Below are positions 42,222-53,433 of a stretch of DNA of 64,000 nucleotides, in pieces. The stretch is from an uncultured cyanobacterium (GTDB lineage Bacteria; Cyanobacteriota; Cyanobacteriia; Cyanobacteriales; Nostocaceae): positions 4,320,001-4,384,000 of the forward strand of contig OY970166.1 of assembly GCA_963706595.1 (NCBI GenBank), read 5' to 3'. A program made the translations under genes and the position numbers. The notes beneath the pieces were generated by a model. It had not been told where the DNA came from. It saw only the letters and a list, made by a program, of their open reading frames with translations, and did not search any database. Position 1 is the first letter of the stretch; each line of letters opens with the position of its first letter.

Positions 42222-42386
42222 ACAAGCCCAGTCCTTCTACGGCTTTCTGGTAAAATCGGAATATAGTCGCCTTATGGCATGGGGAGACTTTAAACGGACG
42301 TGGAGGGATGGTAAGACTATCTTGGGAGCATCAACCCGAAGAAGCGTCAAGGAATCCTCGGACTTTAGGACGAGGAGGTATGTCAA
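42222..42386 (+). mobile_element. Non-autonomous IS200/IS605-like mini-element (left end + omega-RNA-like right end)
   Basis: Starts CAAGCCCAGTCCTTCTACGGCTTT; ends GAATCCTCGGACTTTAGGACGAGGAGGTATGTCAA. Confidence 0.65.
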
Positions 42387-42422
42387 ATTGCATAATCTTA
42401 TGTCTTCCCAGACCCTATCTGA

Positions 42423-43895
<1,473 letters not shown>

Positions 43896-43898
<3 letters not shown>

Positions 43899-43998
43899 TC
43901 ATTAGTCATTAGTCATGGGTCATTAGTCATTAATGTAATTACTTAATGACTAGTGACAAATTATCAAAAATCACAGACAAAGGACAAAGGACAAATGA
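43896..43998. repeat. Heptamer repeats (TTAGTCA)n and (GACAAAG)n between atpD and atpC
   Basis: ttagtcattagtcattagtca ... gacaaaggacaaaggacaaatgac. Confidence 0.8.
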
Positions 43999-44408
43999 CT
44001 CTAACCGTTCGTGTAGTTTCCCCAGATAAAACAGTATGGGATGCCGCAGCTGAGGAAGTAGTTCTACCCAGCACTACTGGTCAGTTAGGTATCCTCAGTG
44101 GACACGCGCCGATGTTGACAGCTTTGGATACAGGTGTGATGCGCGTCCGTGCTAGCAAAAACGACAATTGGCAAGCGATCGCTTTATGGGGTGGCTTTGC
44201 TGAAGTCGAAGAAGATGAAGTAACCATTCTGGTGAATGGTGCTGAACGTGGCGACGCGATTAAACTTGAAGATGCTCGTGCTGCTTTCAATCAAGCACAA
44301 ACACGTCTAAATCAAGTGAATCCAGGCGAAAAGCAAGCCCAAATTCAGGCGACTCAAGCCTTCAAACGCGCCCGCGCTCGCTTCCAAGCGGCTGGCGGTT
44401 CTGTCTAA
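43995..44408 (+). CDS. atpC: F0F1 ATP synthase epsilon subunit (cyanobacterial atpE)
   Basis: [29 protein letters not shown]; start reassigned to ATG 43995. Confidence 0.97.
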   Translation: MTLTVRVVSPDKTVWDAAAEEVVLPSTTGQLGILSGHAPMLTALDTGVMRVRASKNDNWQAIALWGGFAEVEEDEVTILVNGAERGDAIKLEDARAAFNQAQTRLNQVNPGEKQAQIQATQAFKRARARFQAAGGSV

Positions 44409-44486
44409 ATTTACACATAGACAGCTTTGTTTTGTGGGGTGGGCAAGGATTGCCCGCCCCTTGGTGTTTTTAAACGCAGAGTTTTG

Positions 44487-45707
44487 TTATTTTTTCTGCA
44501 TGAGTTGCCAACATTGTTGCGCGATCGCCCAATCTTCTTGAGTCCGAATTACTAATACGCGCACAGATGAGTTAGCTGTGGCTATATCTTGATCAATCGG
44601 CTGTTGCTGATTTTTTGAGGGGTCAATTTTTAAGTTCAAAAATCCAAAGGCTTCGCAGGCTGCTTGGCGTATTCCTGCCGATTTTTCCCCGATACCTGCG
44701 GTGAATACTAAGGCATCTAATCCGCCTAAGCTGGCTAGCATGGAGCCAATACCAGAGCGTAAGTGATGCACATACATATCCCAAGCTAGTTGAGCGCGAT
44801 AATTCCCTTCGGCGATCGCGGCTATGACTTGGGGTAAGTCGCTGGATACACCCGAAATTCCTCGTAAGCCAGAACCTTTATTTAATACATAGTCTAACCT
44901 TTCCGCAGAGTAATTTGATTGCCGCAACAAATAAATTAAAATCCCTGGATCAACCGAGCCAGAACGACTACCCATCATTAACCCATCCAGGGGAGTGAAA
45001 CCCATAGTAGTATCAATACTGCGTCCATTTTTAATCGCCGCTAAAGAGCAACCATTGCCTAAATGACAGGTAATTAAGCGCAGGGATGCTAAATCTCGGT
45101 TGAGGATTTGAGCCGCACGATTTGAGCAATATTGATGACTGATACCATGAAAACCGTAGCGGCGAATACCTTCCTCTACCCATTCATAGGGACCTGGATA
45201 GATGGCTGCGGCATCAGGGAGAGTGGCATGAAATCCCGTATCAAATACTGCTACTTGGGTGACATCTCCCAAGCTTTGCTCAATGGCTTCTATGCCTTCT
45301 AAAGCGGCTGGATTATGTGCTGGCGCTAAACTAGATAATCTAGAGATTGTCTGTTTGACCTCTTCAGTAATTACTACACTTTTTCTGTATTCCTGACCAC
45401 CATGTACTACACGATGCCCCACCATATCGATTTCTGAGAGATGTTCGATTACCTTGGTAGCACCACGAGTCAGGGTATAAAGCATATAGGCGACGTGTGC
45501 GCGTCGTGAGTCGCCATAAATGGATTCTTGCAGAGTTTCACCCGTAGCTGTTTTCACCTCAATTTCTGCCACACCCCGGTCTTGAGTCCAGTTAACTTTT
45601 CCTGACCACAGAGGCTGGGGTGCGACCGTGGGTAAACAATTATCTGCAATTTCATACAAACAACTTTTTTGGCTACTAGATCCAGCATTTAAAACTAATA
45701 CTTTCAT
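44487..45707 (-). CDS. ackA: Acetate kinase
   Basis: LNAGSSS.K, GHRVVHGG, FDTGFH, YGFHG.SH, HLGNG. Confidence 0.95.
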   Translation of the reverse strand: MKVLVLNAGSSSQKSCLYEIADNCLPTVAPQPLWSGKVNWTQDRGVAEIEVKTATGETLQESIYGDSRRAHVAYMLYTLTRGATKVIEHLSEIDMVGHRVVHGGQEYRKSVVITEEVKQTISRLSSLAPAHNPAALEGIEAIEQSLGDVTQVAVFDTGFHATLPDAAAIYPGPYEWVEEGIRRYGFHGISHQYCSNRAAQILNRDLASLRLITCHLGNGCSLAAIKNGRSIDTTMGFTPLDGLMMGSRSGSVDPGILIYLLRQSNYSAERLDYVLNKGSGLRGISGVSSDLPQVIAAIAEGNYRAQLAWDMYVHHLRSGIGSMLASLGGLDALVFTAGIGEKSAGIRQAACEAFGFLNLKIDPSKNQQQPIDQDIATANSSVRVLVIRTQEDWAIAQQCWQLMQKK

Positions 45708-45806
45708 TACCTTTACCTCTTTGACGTTTGTGAACGCTTAACTATATGGTTACTAATTTTCAGCTATTAAATAAACTAAGTACCGCTAATTGCAGAAAGG
45801 CAAAAC

Positions 45807-46160
45807 GTGAAAAGATTCCAGAAGCTATATTCAATTACGCTCTTGCTATTTGCCTTCATCTATCCGTCGGCTATAGCTGAAGCTAAAGATAGTAATGTCA
45901 ATAATCTTCTCCATCAGCAGAATCTAGAACTAGAGACAAATTTAGTAGAGGGAGATACCAGCCCAGAACTTTTGTTGGCTCATAGAAAGCATAAGCGGCG
46001 TTATCGTAAGAGACGCTCCACAGGACACCACTATCATCGCAGAAGGCGCAATCAACGATATCAACGCATTCGTTATAAGGGACAACCCTATCGTCGTGGG
46101 CGATGGCAGCGAGTCCGCGATCGCCATGGTAGATTAATGTATGACTGGCGAAGACATTAA
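45807..46160 (+). CDS. Hypothetical exported Arg/His-rich basic protein
   Basis: Signal peptide-like N-terminus; C-terminal half dominated by R/H/K/Y. Confidence 0.6.
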   Translation: MKRFQKLYSITLLLFAFIYPSAIAEAKDSNVNNLLHQQNLELETNLVEGDTSPELLLAHRKHKRRYRKRRSTGHHYHRRRRNQRYQRIRYKGQPYRRGRWQRVRDRHGRLMYDWRRH

Positions 46161-46322
46161 ATCAGTGAACAGTTATCAGTTGTCAGTTATCAAGGCATAA
46201 GGTAGGGGACTTAAACCCCATTATGTCTCTTAACTGATAACTGATAAAGCACGCACAAAATAGGGGACGAGATGAGCAGGTTGAGGATTTACTCAACCTT
46301 TAATACTGCTCAGGATAGTGCC

Positions 46323-47327
46323 TTAACGGCTGGCTATCACTTCTCCCTCAAGGCTAGCTAGTCGCTCTGCTAATAGTTTTTCGAGAGCAACTAATGCTTT
46401 GGTAAAGCCATCAATACCTTCTGCTAGTTTGTCAGATGCCATGCGGTCAGCAGCGTGCATCTTGTCATAGGTAGCTTTATCAACGGATATCTTTTTGATT
46501 TCCATGTTTGCTACTTTAGCAGGATCAAGTTTGCGTGGCAATTCTCCCTCAGTTGCTTGCAATTCTGCCAATAGTCCGGGAGAAATGGTCAGCAGGTCAC
46601 AACCAGCCAGTTCGGTAATTTCGCCAATGTTGCGGAAGCTAGCTCCCATAACTTCGGTTTTATGTCCGAATTTTTTGTAGTAGTTGTAGACTGTGGTTAC
46701 AGATAATACACCTGGATCTTCGGCGGCTGGATAGCTATCACTTCCAGTATCTTTCTTGTACCAGTCGAGAATCCGACCGACGAAGGGAGAAATTAAGGTA
46801 ACGCCGGCTTCTGCACAGGCGATCGCTTGGTGCAGACCAAACAACAATGTTAAGTTACAATGAATACCTTCTTTCTCCAGGATTTCCGCAGCGCGAATGC
46901 CTTCCCAAGTGGTGGCAATTTTAATTAGCACGCGATCGCGATCAACACCAGCCGCCTTGTATTGAGCAATCAATTCTCTGCCTTTGGTAACAGTAGCTTC
47001 GGTATCAAAAGACAAGCGAGCATCTACTTCTGTAGAAACACGACCAGGAATAATTTGTAAAATCTTCAAACCGAAAGCCACTGCTAAACGGTCAAAAGCC
47101 AAAGTCACGATATCTGCTTGACTAGCAGCAGCACCAGCATCTTTCTTCGCTTGGAGTAAAGTTTGATCAACAATTTCCTGATATTCCGGCATTTGTGCCG
47201 CCGCCGTAATCAGAGAAGGATTAGTAGTAGCATCTTGGGGTGTAAACTTCTCAATCGCCTTGATATCCCCTGTATCCGCCACCACAACGGTCATTTGGCG
47301 TAATTGTTCTAGTAAAGTTTTAGACAT
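46323..47327 (-). CDS. tal: Transaldolase
   Basis: [39 protein letters not shown]. Confidence 0.97.
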   Translation of the reverse strand: MSKTLLEQLRQMTVVVADTGDIKAIEKFTPQDATTNPSLITAAAQMPEYQEIVDQTLLQAKKDAGAAASQADIVTLAFDRLAVAFGLKILQIIPGRVSTEVDARLSFDTEATVTKGRELIAQYKAAGVDRDRVLIKIATTWEGIRAAEILEKEGIHCNLTLLFGLHQAIACAEAGVTLISPFVGRILDWYKKDTGSDSYPAAEDPGVLSVTTVYNYYKKFGHKTEVMGASFRNIGEITELAGCDLLTISPGLLAELQATEGELPRKLDPAKVANMEIKKISVDKATYDKMHAADRMASDKLAEGIDGFTKALVALEKLLAERLASLEGEVIASR

Positions 47328-47554
47328 ATTTTTCTCCGTAAGTTGTGCTGGTTTCGGACGTACTTAATTCCTTACTTGTTTACACTCTTGACTGTTCCTC
47401 AGAATTCCGATTTTGGCAACTTTTCTTAAACATTGCCCACATTGGCTAGCTAAAATTAACCACAGCCCTATTTTAGGTGCGTTATGCCAAAATTGGCTGT
47501 CCAATGGAATGCACTTTAATTAAATCGGTTGTTCCCAACTTAGCCATTTCGCTT

Positions 47555-47648
47555 GTAGAGACGCGATTTATCGCGTCTAATTATCGCGTCTAATTATCGC
47601 GTCTAATTTATTTGATTTATCGCGTCTGTGGGATAAATCGCGTCTCTC
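47555..47648. repeat. GTAG REP-like palindrome with tandem TTATCGCGTCTAA expansions
   Basis: gtagagacgcgatttatcgcgtct followed by several copies of its right arm. Confidence 0.75.
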
Positions 47649-47670
47649 ACCAAGCACCAACACCAGTGAG

Positions 47671-48774
<1,104 letters not shown>

Positions 48775-49109
48775 TTAACTAGTTAAGGCATATTTACTTG
48801 GCATCTTTTAAGGTTTCTGAATTCTGTGAGCGTAGGCGGTGTAGGGCTATACACGGGATATCCATAAATTTGACTGTGGATTTTTAGACACGAAATTGCG
48901 CGTTAAATTGGTAACATTAATTATGATTAATTTTTTGGCGCTCAATGGTTTGCTTGAGGTGAAGTAAAGGCACTGGTAGAAATAAATTTTGTATTTCAAA
49001 GTACATATAAAAAACCCCTAGCACACGCAGACTAGGAGCTTTTAATTTTCCAATATTTCTTGTGAATCATGTACCTATCCAACTTTATGGTAAATGCTTG
49101 GGTATGAGA

Positions 49110-49540
49110 CTAAGCTACTTCTAAAAAATCTCTGTCTGATGGATTTTCCGGGAAGAATACAGCAGGTGAAACATTGAAAAATTCCGCAAGCTTTTGAATA
49201 TGTTCAACCGTTAATTTACGCTTGCCTTTAAGTACATCAGAAACAATGGATTCCGTTTTAAAAATAGGAACTAAATCCTTTTGTTTGAGGTTCAATTCCA
49301 TAATTAAAACTTTGAGAAGTTCTATCCCATAAATATCTGGAACCAAATCCTGCTTTTCTTCGTATTCATAAATTAACATTCCCAGTAAATGCAAATAGTC
49401 TTCTTCCTCATCAGTTAGTTCGCCTTTATCAAGTAGATTATCGACCACTGCTTGAATTTTGTGTAAATCTTCTTCATCTTTTATAGGGCGTGGGGGAAAG
49501 ATGTAAGTAATTCCATGTAGCTGTTGTGATGATATAACAT
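49110..49540 (-). pseudogene. higA: HigA-like HTH antitoxin with a 1-bp frameshift near 49497; no adjacent toxin
   Basis: MLYHHNSYMELLTS then shift to FPPRPIKDEEDL..VVDNLLD..; HTH LKQKDL..SIVSDVLKGKRKLT..HI.KL. Confidence 0.7.
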
Positions 49541-49570
49541 TTCTTCATTATGGTATTGGTTGCTTAATTA

Positions 49571-49679
49571 TTAGCGCTCTTTTATGACTCTGAATGAAAG
49601 AAAAATGTAGGTTGGGTTGAACAAAGTGAAACCCTACATATACTTAGATTTTTTCAAGAATCAAATCGGATTCCTATAG
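49571..49679. mobile_element. MITE-like element with GTAG-hairpin core; left end repeated at 42075-42115
   Basis: ttagcgctcttttatgactctga shared with 42075; right end tcaaatcggattcctatag. Confidence 0.6.
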
Positions 49680-49687
49680 TTTTATGA

Positions 49688-49933
49688 TTAACTAATCCCC
49701 AAATCTTTCTTACTACTTTTCAACTGTTTCCAAAGAATCTGAATTTGTTTGTAAGCATCCTCCGGAGAAAGCTTACCACCAGTTTGTAAACTACAAATAT
49801 AACTTACTCGTTGAGAAAAATCTTGGAGATTAGCATTAAATTTCAAATACTCTTGTTTAAACTCCCCAGAATATGGACTGCGGGGATAAAGAAAATCAGA
49901 TAATTCCGAGAGAAAATTATTTGGCTGGTTCAT
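49688..49933 (-). CDS. Conserved cyanobacterial small protein of the iron-stress cluster (possibly IsiD-like)
   Basis: FLYP..Y.G.F....L.FNANLQ.F.QRVSYIC.L.TGGK pattern; position downstream of isiBC. Confidence 0.7.
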   Translation of the reverse strand: MNQPNNFLSELSDFLYPRSPYSGEFKQEYLKFNANLQDFSQRVSYICSLQTGGKLSPEDAYKQIQILWKQLKSSKKDLGIS

Positions 49934-49993
49934 AGGTATTTAGATGTGAAAGTTAATAGTAATAGAAATTAAAAATTATCCAGTTTAAAAATT

Positions 49994-50269
49994 TCATCCA
50001 AGCTTGTGCCGTCCCCTTTGAGAAGCATTACAGTTACAAGTCTTAGGTTCAAAATCAATGCAACCAATCGACTCCTCAGAACAAGCTTTAACTGGGTTAA
50101 CTGTGCATTTGAGGCGATAATCATTGGTAAAAAACTCACAATTATGGCAAGGTATTTGGTGTAGCTTTTTTAAATGATTTGTGCCTTTTTTCAAAGTCAA
50201 CCAGACACTGAAGCTAGACAAAATCAAAATTACCCAACTACAGAAAGCGCAAAAAATCATAGCTAACAT
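49994..50269 (-). CDS. Small membrane-anchored Cys-rich protein
   Basis: N-terminal TM; PC..C.FF......KCTV.P......C.DF. Confidence 0.7.
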   Translation of the reverse strand: MLAMIFCAFCSWVILILSSFSVWLTLKKGTNHLKKLHQIPCHNCEFFTNDYRLKCTVNPVKACSEESIGCIDFEPKTCNCNASQRGRHKLG

Positions 50270-50396
50270 GAGAAATCCTCAAATAAATTCAAATAAAAAG
50301 CCTACAGTTGACTGCTGTGAACCGCAGGCGTTAGAAAATATTTAGCTAGTGTTGAGCGAAACTTAATTAATTATTAACTTGACGCGAACTGACAAG

Positions 50397-50671
50397 TCAG
50401 CGCTGGCGCGATCGCCAAGAGTGCCAAACGTAACCCAAGAAAGCCAATACACCAATAAAAAATTGAATGTTTGCCAAACCCAGACGTTCAGAACCATAAA
50501 ATTCTCTAGGGAAAACCGTTGTGTTATATCCCACAAATGCAGCCGAAATCGAAGCCATTAAAGCTAAACCCAGCAAGCTATAAGACAGAATATCCTCACC
50601 ATTTTCTATGGGTAAAATCTTTCTTACCCAATTAAGATGAATTATTTCTTCATCTCCCTCTAGTTTTTCAT
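50397..50671 (-). pseudogene. IsiA/Pcb/CP43-family C-terminal two-helix fragment, frameshifted just after a coupled ATG
   Basis: Manual translation: ..GEDILSYSLLGLALMASISAAFVGYNTTVFPREFYGSERLGLANIQFFIGVLAFLGYVWHSWRSR*. Confidence 0.75.
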
Positions 50672-51426
50672 TAATATATGGAAATAGTGGAAGGTTGTGC
50701 AGATATTGCGAGCGATGATCGCCTCTGGTAACAGCCCCAAAAATTTAAAATTTGTTCGCCCACTTCTTGAGGGTGAAAATAGTGAAAGAAATGATAACCT
50801 TGAGGAAATTGCCAAAGTTTATCTTCCGGCTTTAACCAATTGCGCCAGTCATCTAAAGCAGGTGGATTAACTACCGAATCAGTTTTGCTACCGCAGACCA
50901 TCATCGGCATAGAAACGCCTCCCTTGGGTAAATAAACCAACTTAAAAAGAGAATGGGGTGAAGGCGATCGCTCTAAATCCTTATCTAAAGCCGTAATTAA
51001 TTTTTTAGTGGTGTGACATGGTTGTTTACCAAAGAGACTGCGAACACTGTTAGCTAAAACTTGCTCACGACTAATTGTAAACATTTGTCGTTGAAAGTAA
51101 TAATGAGCGTGCCAAGTATTAGCAGGTTGAGATGCTACAGCCAGGAGAGTAAGCGATCGCACCTTTTCAGGATAACGTCTAGCATAAGTTAATGCGATCG
51201 CACCACTAATTCCATGACCACCCAAATGCACCGCATCCGGGTAAGAAGCTAAAAATTCATGCAACAACAGCACAGCTTGATCTATAGAACTAGCTTCATC
51301 CCTAGTTTGTTGATATTCCCACTGAGCGATTTGCAGATACCCAGACAAGTGTTGAAGCAATGGTTGATCAAAACGCTTCAAACTGGGACTAGCATTTAAC
51401 CAAAGAACATCGAATAAATCAGACAT
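50671..51426 (-). CDS. isiC: Alpha/beta-hydrolase-fold iron-stress protein
   Basis: HLGGHGISG nucleophile-elbow region, GYHFFHY; directly downstream of flavodoxin. Confidence 0.7.
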   Translation of the reverse strand: MSDLFDVLWLNASPSLKRFDQPLLQHLSGYLQIAQWEYQQTRDEASSIDQAVLLLHEFLASYPDAVHLGGHGISGAIALTYARRYPEKVRSLTLLAVASQPANTWHAHYYFQRQMFTISREQVLANSVRSLFGKQPCHTTKKLITALDKDLERSPSPHSLFKLVYLPKGGVSMPMMVCGSKTDSVVNPPALDDWRNWLKPEDKLWQFPQGYHFFHYFHPQEVGEQILNFWGCYQRRSSLAISAQPSTISIY

Positions 51427-51537
51427 ATTAAATCAGTGAACAGTGAACAGTGAACAGTTATCAAGAGACTTAAATCAGTAAATAATGAACAGTTATCAAG
51501 TCCTATAGCAAAGAACTTAGACCCAATTATGTTTCTT

Positions 51538-51668
51538 ATACCAATTATTTGTGAGGCTGCATATTATTTTTAACCCACCCCTTACCCCGGAGAAATCCGG
51601 TTCCCTCCTCGCTTGCGGGGAGGGTTAGGGAGGGGTTCTTTTTATGCATCTTTATATAAAATTGGTAT
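51538..51668. mobile_element. MITE-like element (ATACCAATT..AATTGGTAT ends) within a CAGTGAA/CTGATAA heptamer region
   Basis: Terminal inverted repeats around a CCCTCCTCGCTTGCGGGGAGGG hairpin core. Confidence 0.6.
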
Positions 51669-51696
51669 TAACTGATAACTGTTCACTGATTATTTT

Positions 51697-52209
51697 CTAC
51701 AAACCAAATTCTGTCTTCAACTGTGCAACCCAAGCCTTAATGCGCTCATCTGTCAGGTCAGATTGATTATCATCATCAAGAGCTAAACCACAAAACTTAC
51801 CATTTCGCAAAGCTTTAGAATCGCTAAAATCATACCCATCAGTTGACCAATACCCGACCGTTTTACCCCCCTGTTGGGCAATCTTTTCTTCCAAAATCCC
51901 AATAGCATCCTGAAAATTATCACTATAGCCAATTTGGTCTCCCGTACCAAAATAAGCCACCGTTTTACCGTTAAAATCAACATCATCCAAATCAGGATAA
52001 ACACCTTCCCAATCGCTTTGAAGTTCACCAATATTCCAAGTTGGGCAACCAATAATCAGACATTCATACTCATCAAAATCAGCAGTATCCGCCTGAGACA
52101 TATCATGTAATGTCACCACATCACCGCCAAAAGCATCACGAATAATTTCAGCAGCAGATTCAGTCTTGCCAGTTTGAGTACCGTAGAACAAACCAATTTT
52201 TTTCGACAT
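51697..52209 (-). CDS. isiB: Long-chain flavodoxin
   Basis: FYGTQTGKTE, GCPTWNIGELQSDW, FGTGDQ, GLALD.DNQ. Confidence 0.97.
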   Translation of the reverse strand: MSKKIGLFYGTQTGKTESAAEIIRDAFGGDVVTLHDMSQADTADFDEYECLIIGCPTWNIGELQSDWEGVYPDLDDVDFNGKTVAYFGTGDQIGYSDNFQDAIGILEEKIAQQGGKTVGYWSTDGYDFSDSKALRNGKFCGLALDDDNQSDLTDERIKAWVAQLKTEFGL

Positions 52210-52442
52210 TTTGACACCTAATAAATATTTTTAACTTGAGTTTGAGGAATGAGACTTCCTCAATCTCCAACCCCTACAGAAAAGAGACTGAAAATATCTT
52301 GTGGGGTGGGCATCTTGCCCGCCCTAAACGTGTAGCCACGATTAACCCAGCATGAATCGACTTTGGTGTTTGAACAGCCATGCTGGTCATCAGATTAGCT
52401 CCTGAGAAATTGTGCCTATGCCTGAGATCAATCAACCCAACT

Positions 52443-52508
52443 AATGAGTATCTATCTCAATAAACATTTAGAAACATATTATCAGACTTATTGAAATTAT
52501 TTATCACT
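52443..52508. promoter_or_regulatory. Two putative Fur boxes upstream of isiB
   Basis: 19-bp AT-rich imperfect palindromes AATGAGTATCTATCTCAAT (52443-52461) and ATTGAAATTATTTATCACT (52490-52508). Confidence 0.55.
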
Positions 52509-53060
52509 AATTTAGTGTAAATTTTTGTAACGCAGCCTATAACTGGATCTGTAAAATGCTTGTATGCCATAGCTTCACAGGATATTAGTGCTTAAAAAAT
52601 CTGTAATGATAAAGAAATAATTAATAAAAAAGTGCCATGAAATCTCAATAAGCTCATGGTAAACTGGAAGCTACTCGCACAATGTCAATAAACCTTCCGC
52701 ATTCATAAGGCTGAATCATGTTTTGAGAACTTGAGATAACAAAACAAGGATTTAGCCTTTTTTGTATGCTACAGAAACTTTTAAAATCCTGACTCTCTGC
52801 GTTCTCTGTGCCTCTGTGGTTCAAAAAGTATTTTATTTAACTACACCAGACGCAGAGGACACGGAGTAAAGAGGAATTTTACCCATCTTTAAAAAGGTAA
52901 TTCTTATAAATTAGATATTGACACAATAGACTAAATATGTTTTTAGAAACAAGAAAGCATCAGGACGATGTAATTTCTCTATTTTTCGCAAAAAAGTGAA
53001 AAACTGACGATTTTTGGGAACAATAACCCTATTGAAGCTTAGGCAAATAGGGTAAAAGCA

Positions 53061-53408
53061 TTGACAAATCAAGCGGCTGAACAGTTGCGCCCCTCTGTGG
53101 AGAAGTTAGTTAAGGAAATTGTCGCAATTAACCATGCGTGGAAAGTCGCGCGTGAATTATTTGGAGAAGATTCACATCTATCTATTTCTTCACGCGATTT
53201 AAAAACCTGTTTGCAGGTTCGTTTGTTGCGAAGTTATGCACCAAAACAGGTTTATTTAATTGAGGATAAAGAATCAGAAGGTGAACCCGCTTATGGTTTA
53301 CGTCTTCGGGAACCTATAGGAAACCGCCAGTATGCAGAACATCTGCCAATACGGGTAGCGCAAAAAGTTCTCACAGATAAAGAATTAGAACAATTTCAAA
53401 AGATATAA
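53061..53408 (+). CDS. Hypothetical protein leading the Zorya-like locus
   Basis: 115-aa ORF ending 25 bp before the reconstructed zorA start. Confidence 0.65.
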   Translation: MTNQAAEQLRPSVEKLVKEIVAINHAWKVARELFGEDSHLSISSRDLKTCLQVRLLRSYAPKQVYLIEDKESEGEPAYGLRLREPIGNRQYAEHLPIRVAQKVLTDKELEQFQKI

Positions 53409-53433
53409 CCAAGATAAACAAGAAGGGTGCAGT

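Noticed and set aside
47555..47648. Short repeated units resembling a CRISPR array
   Set aside because: Units are ~13 bp, mostly abutting with no unique spacers, and no cas genes are present; this is a REP-arm expansion
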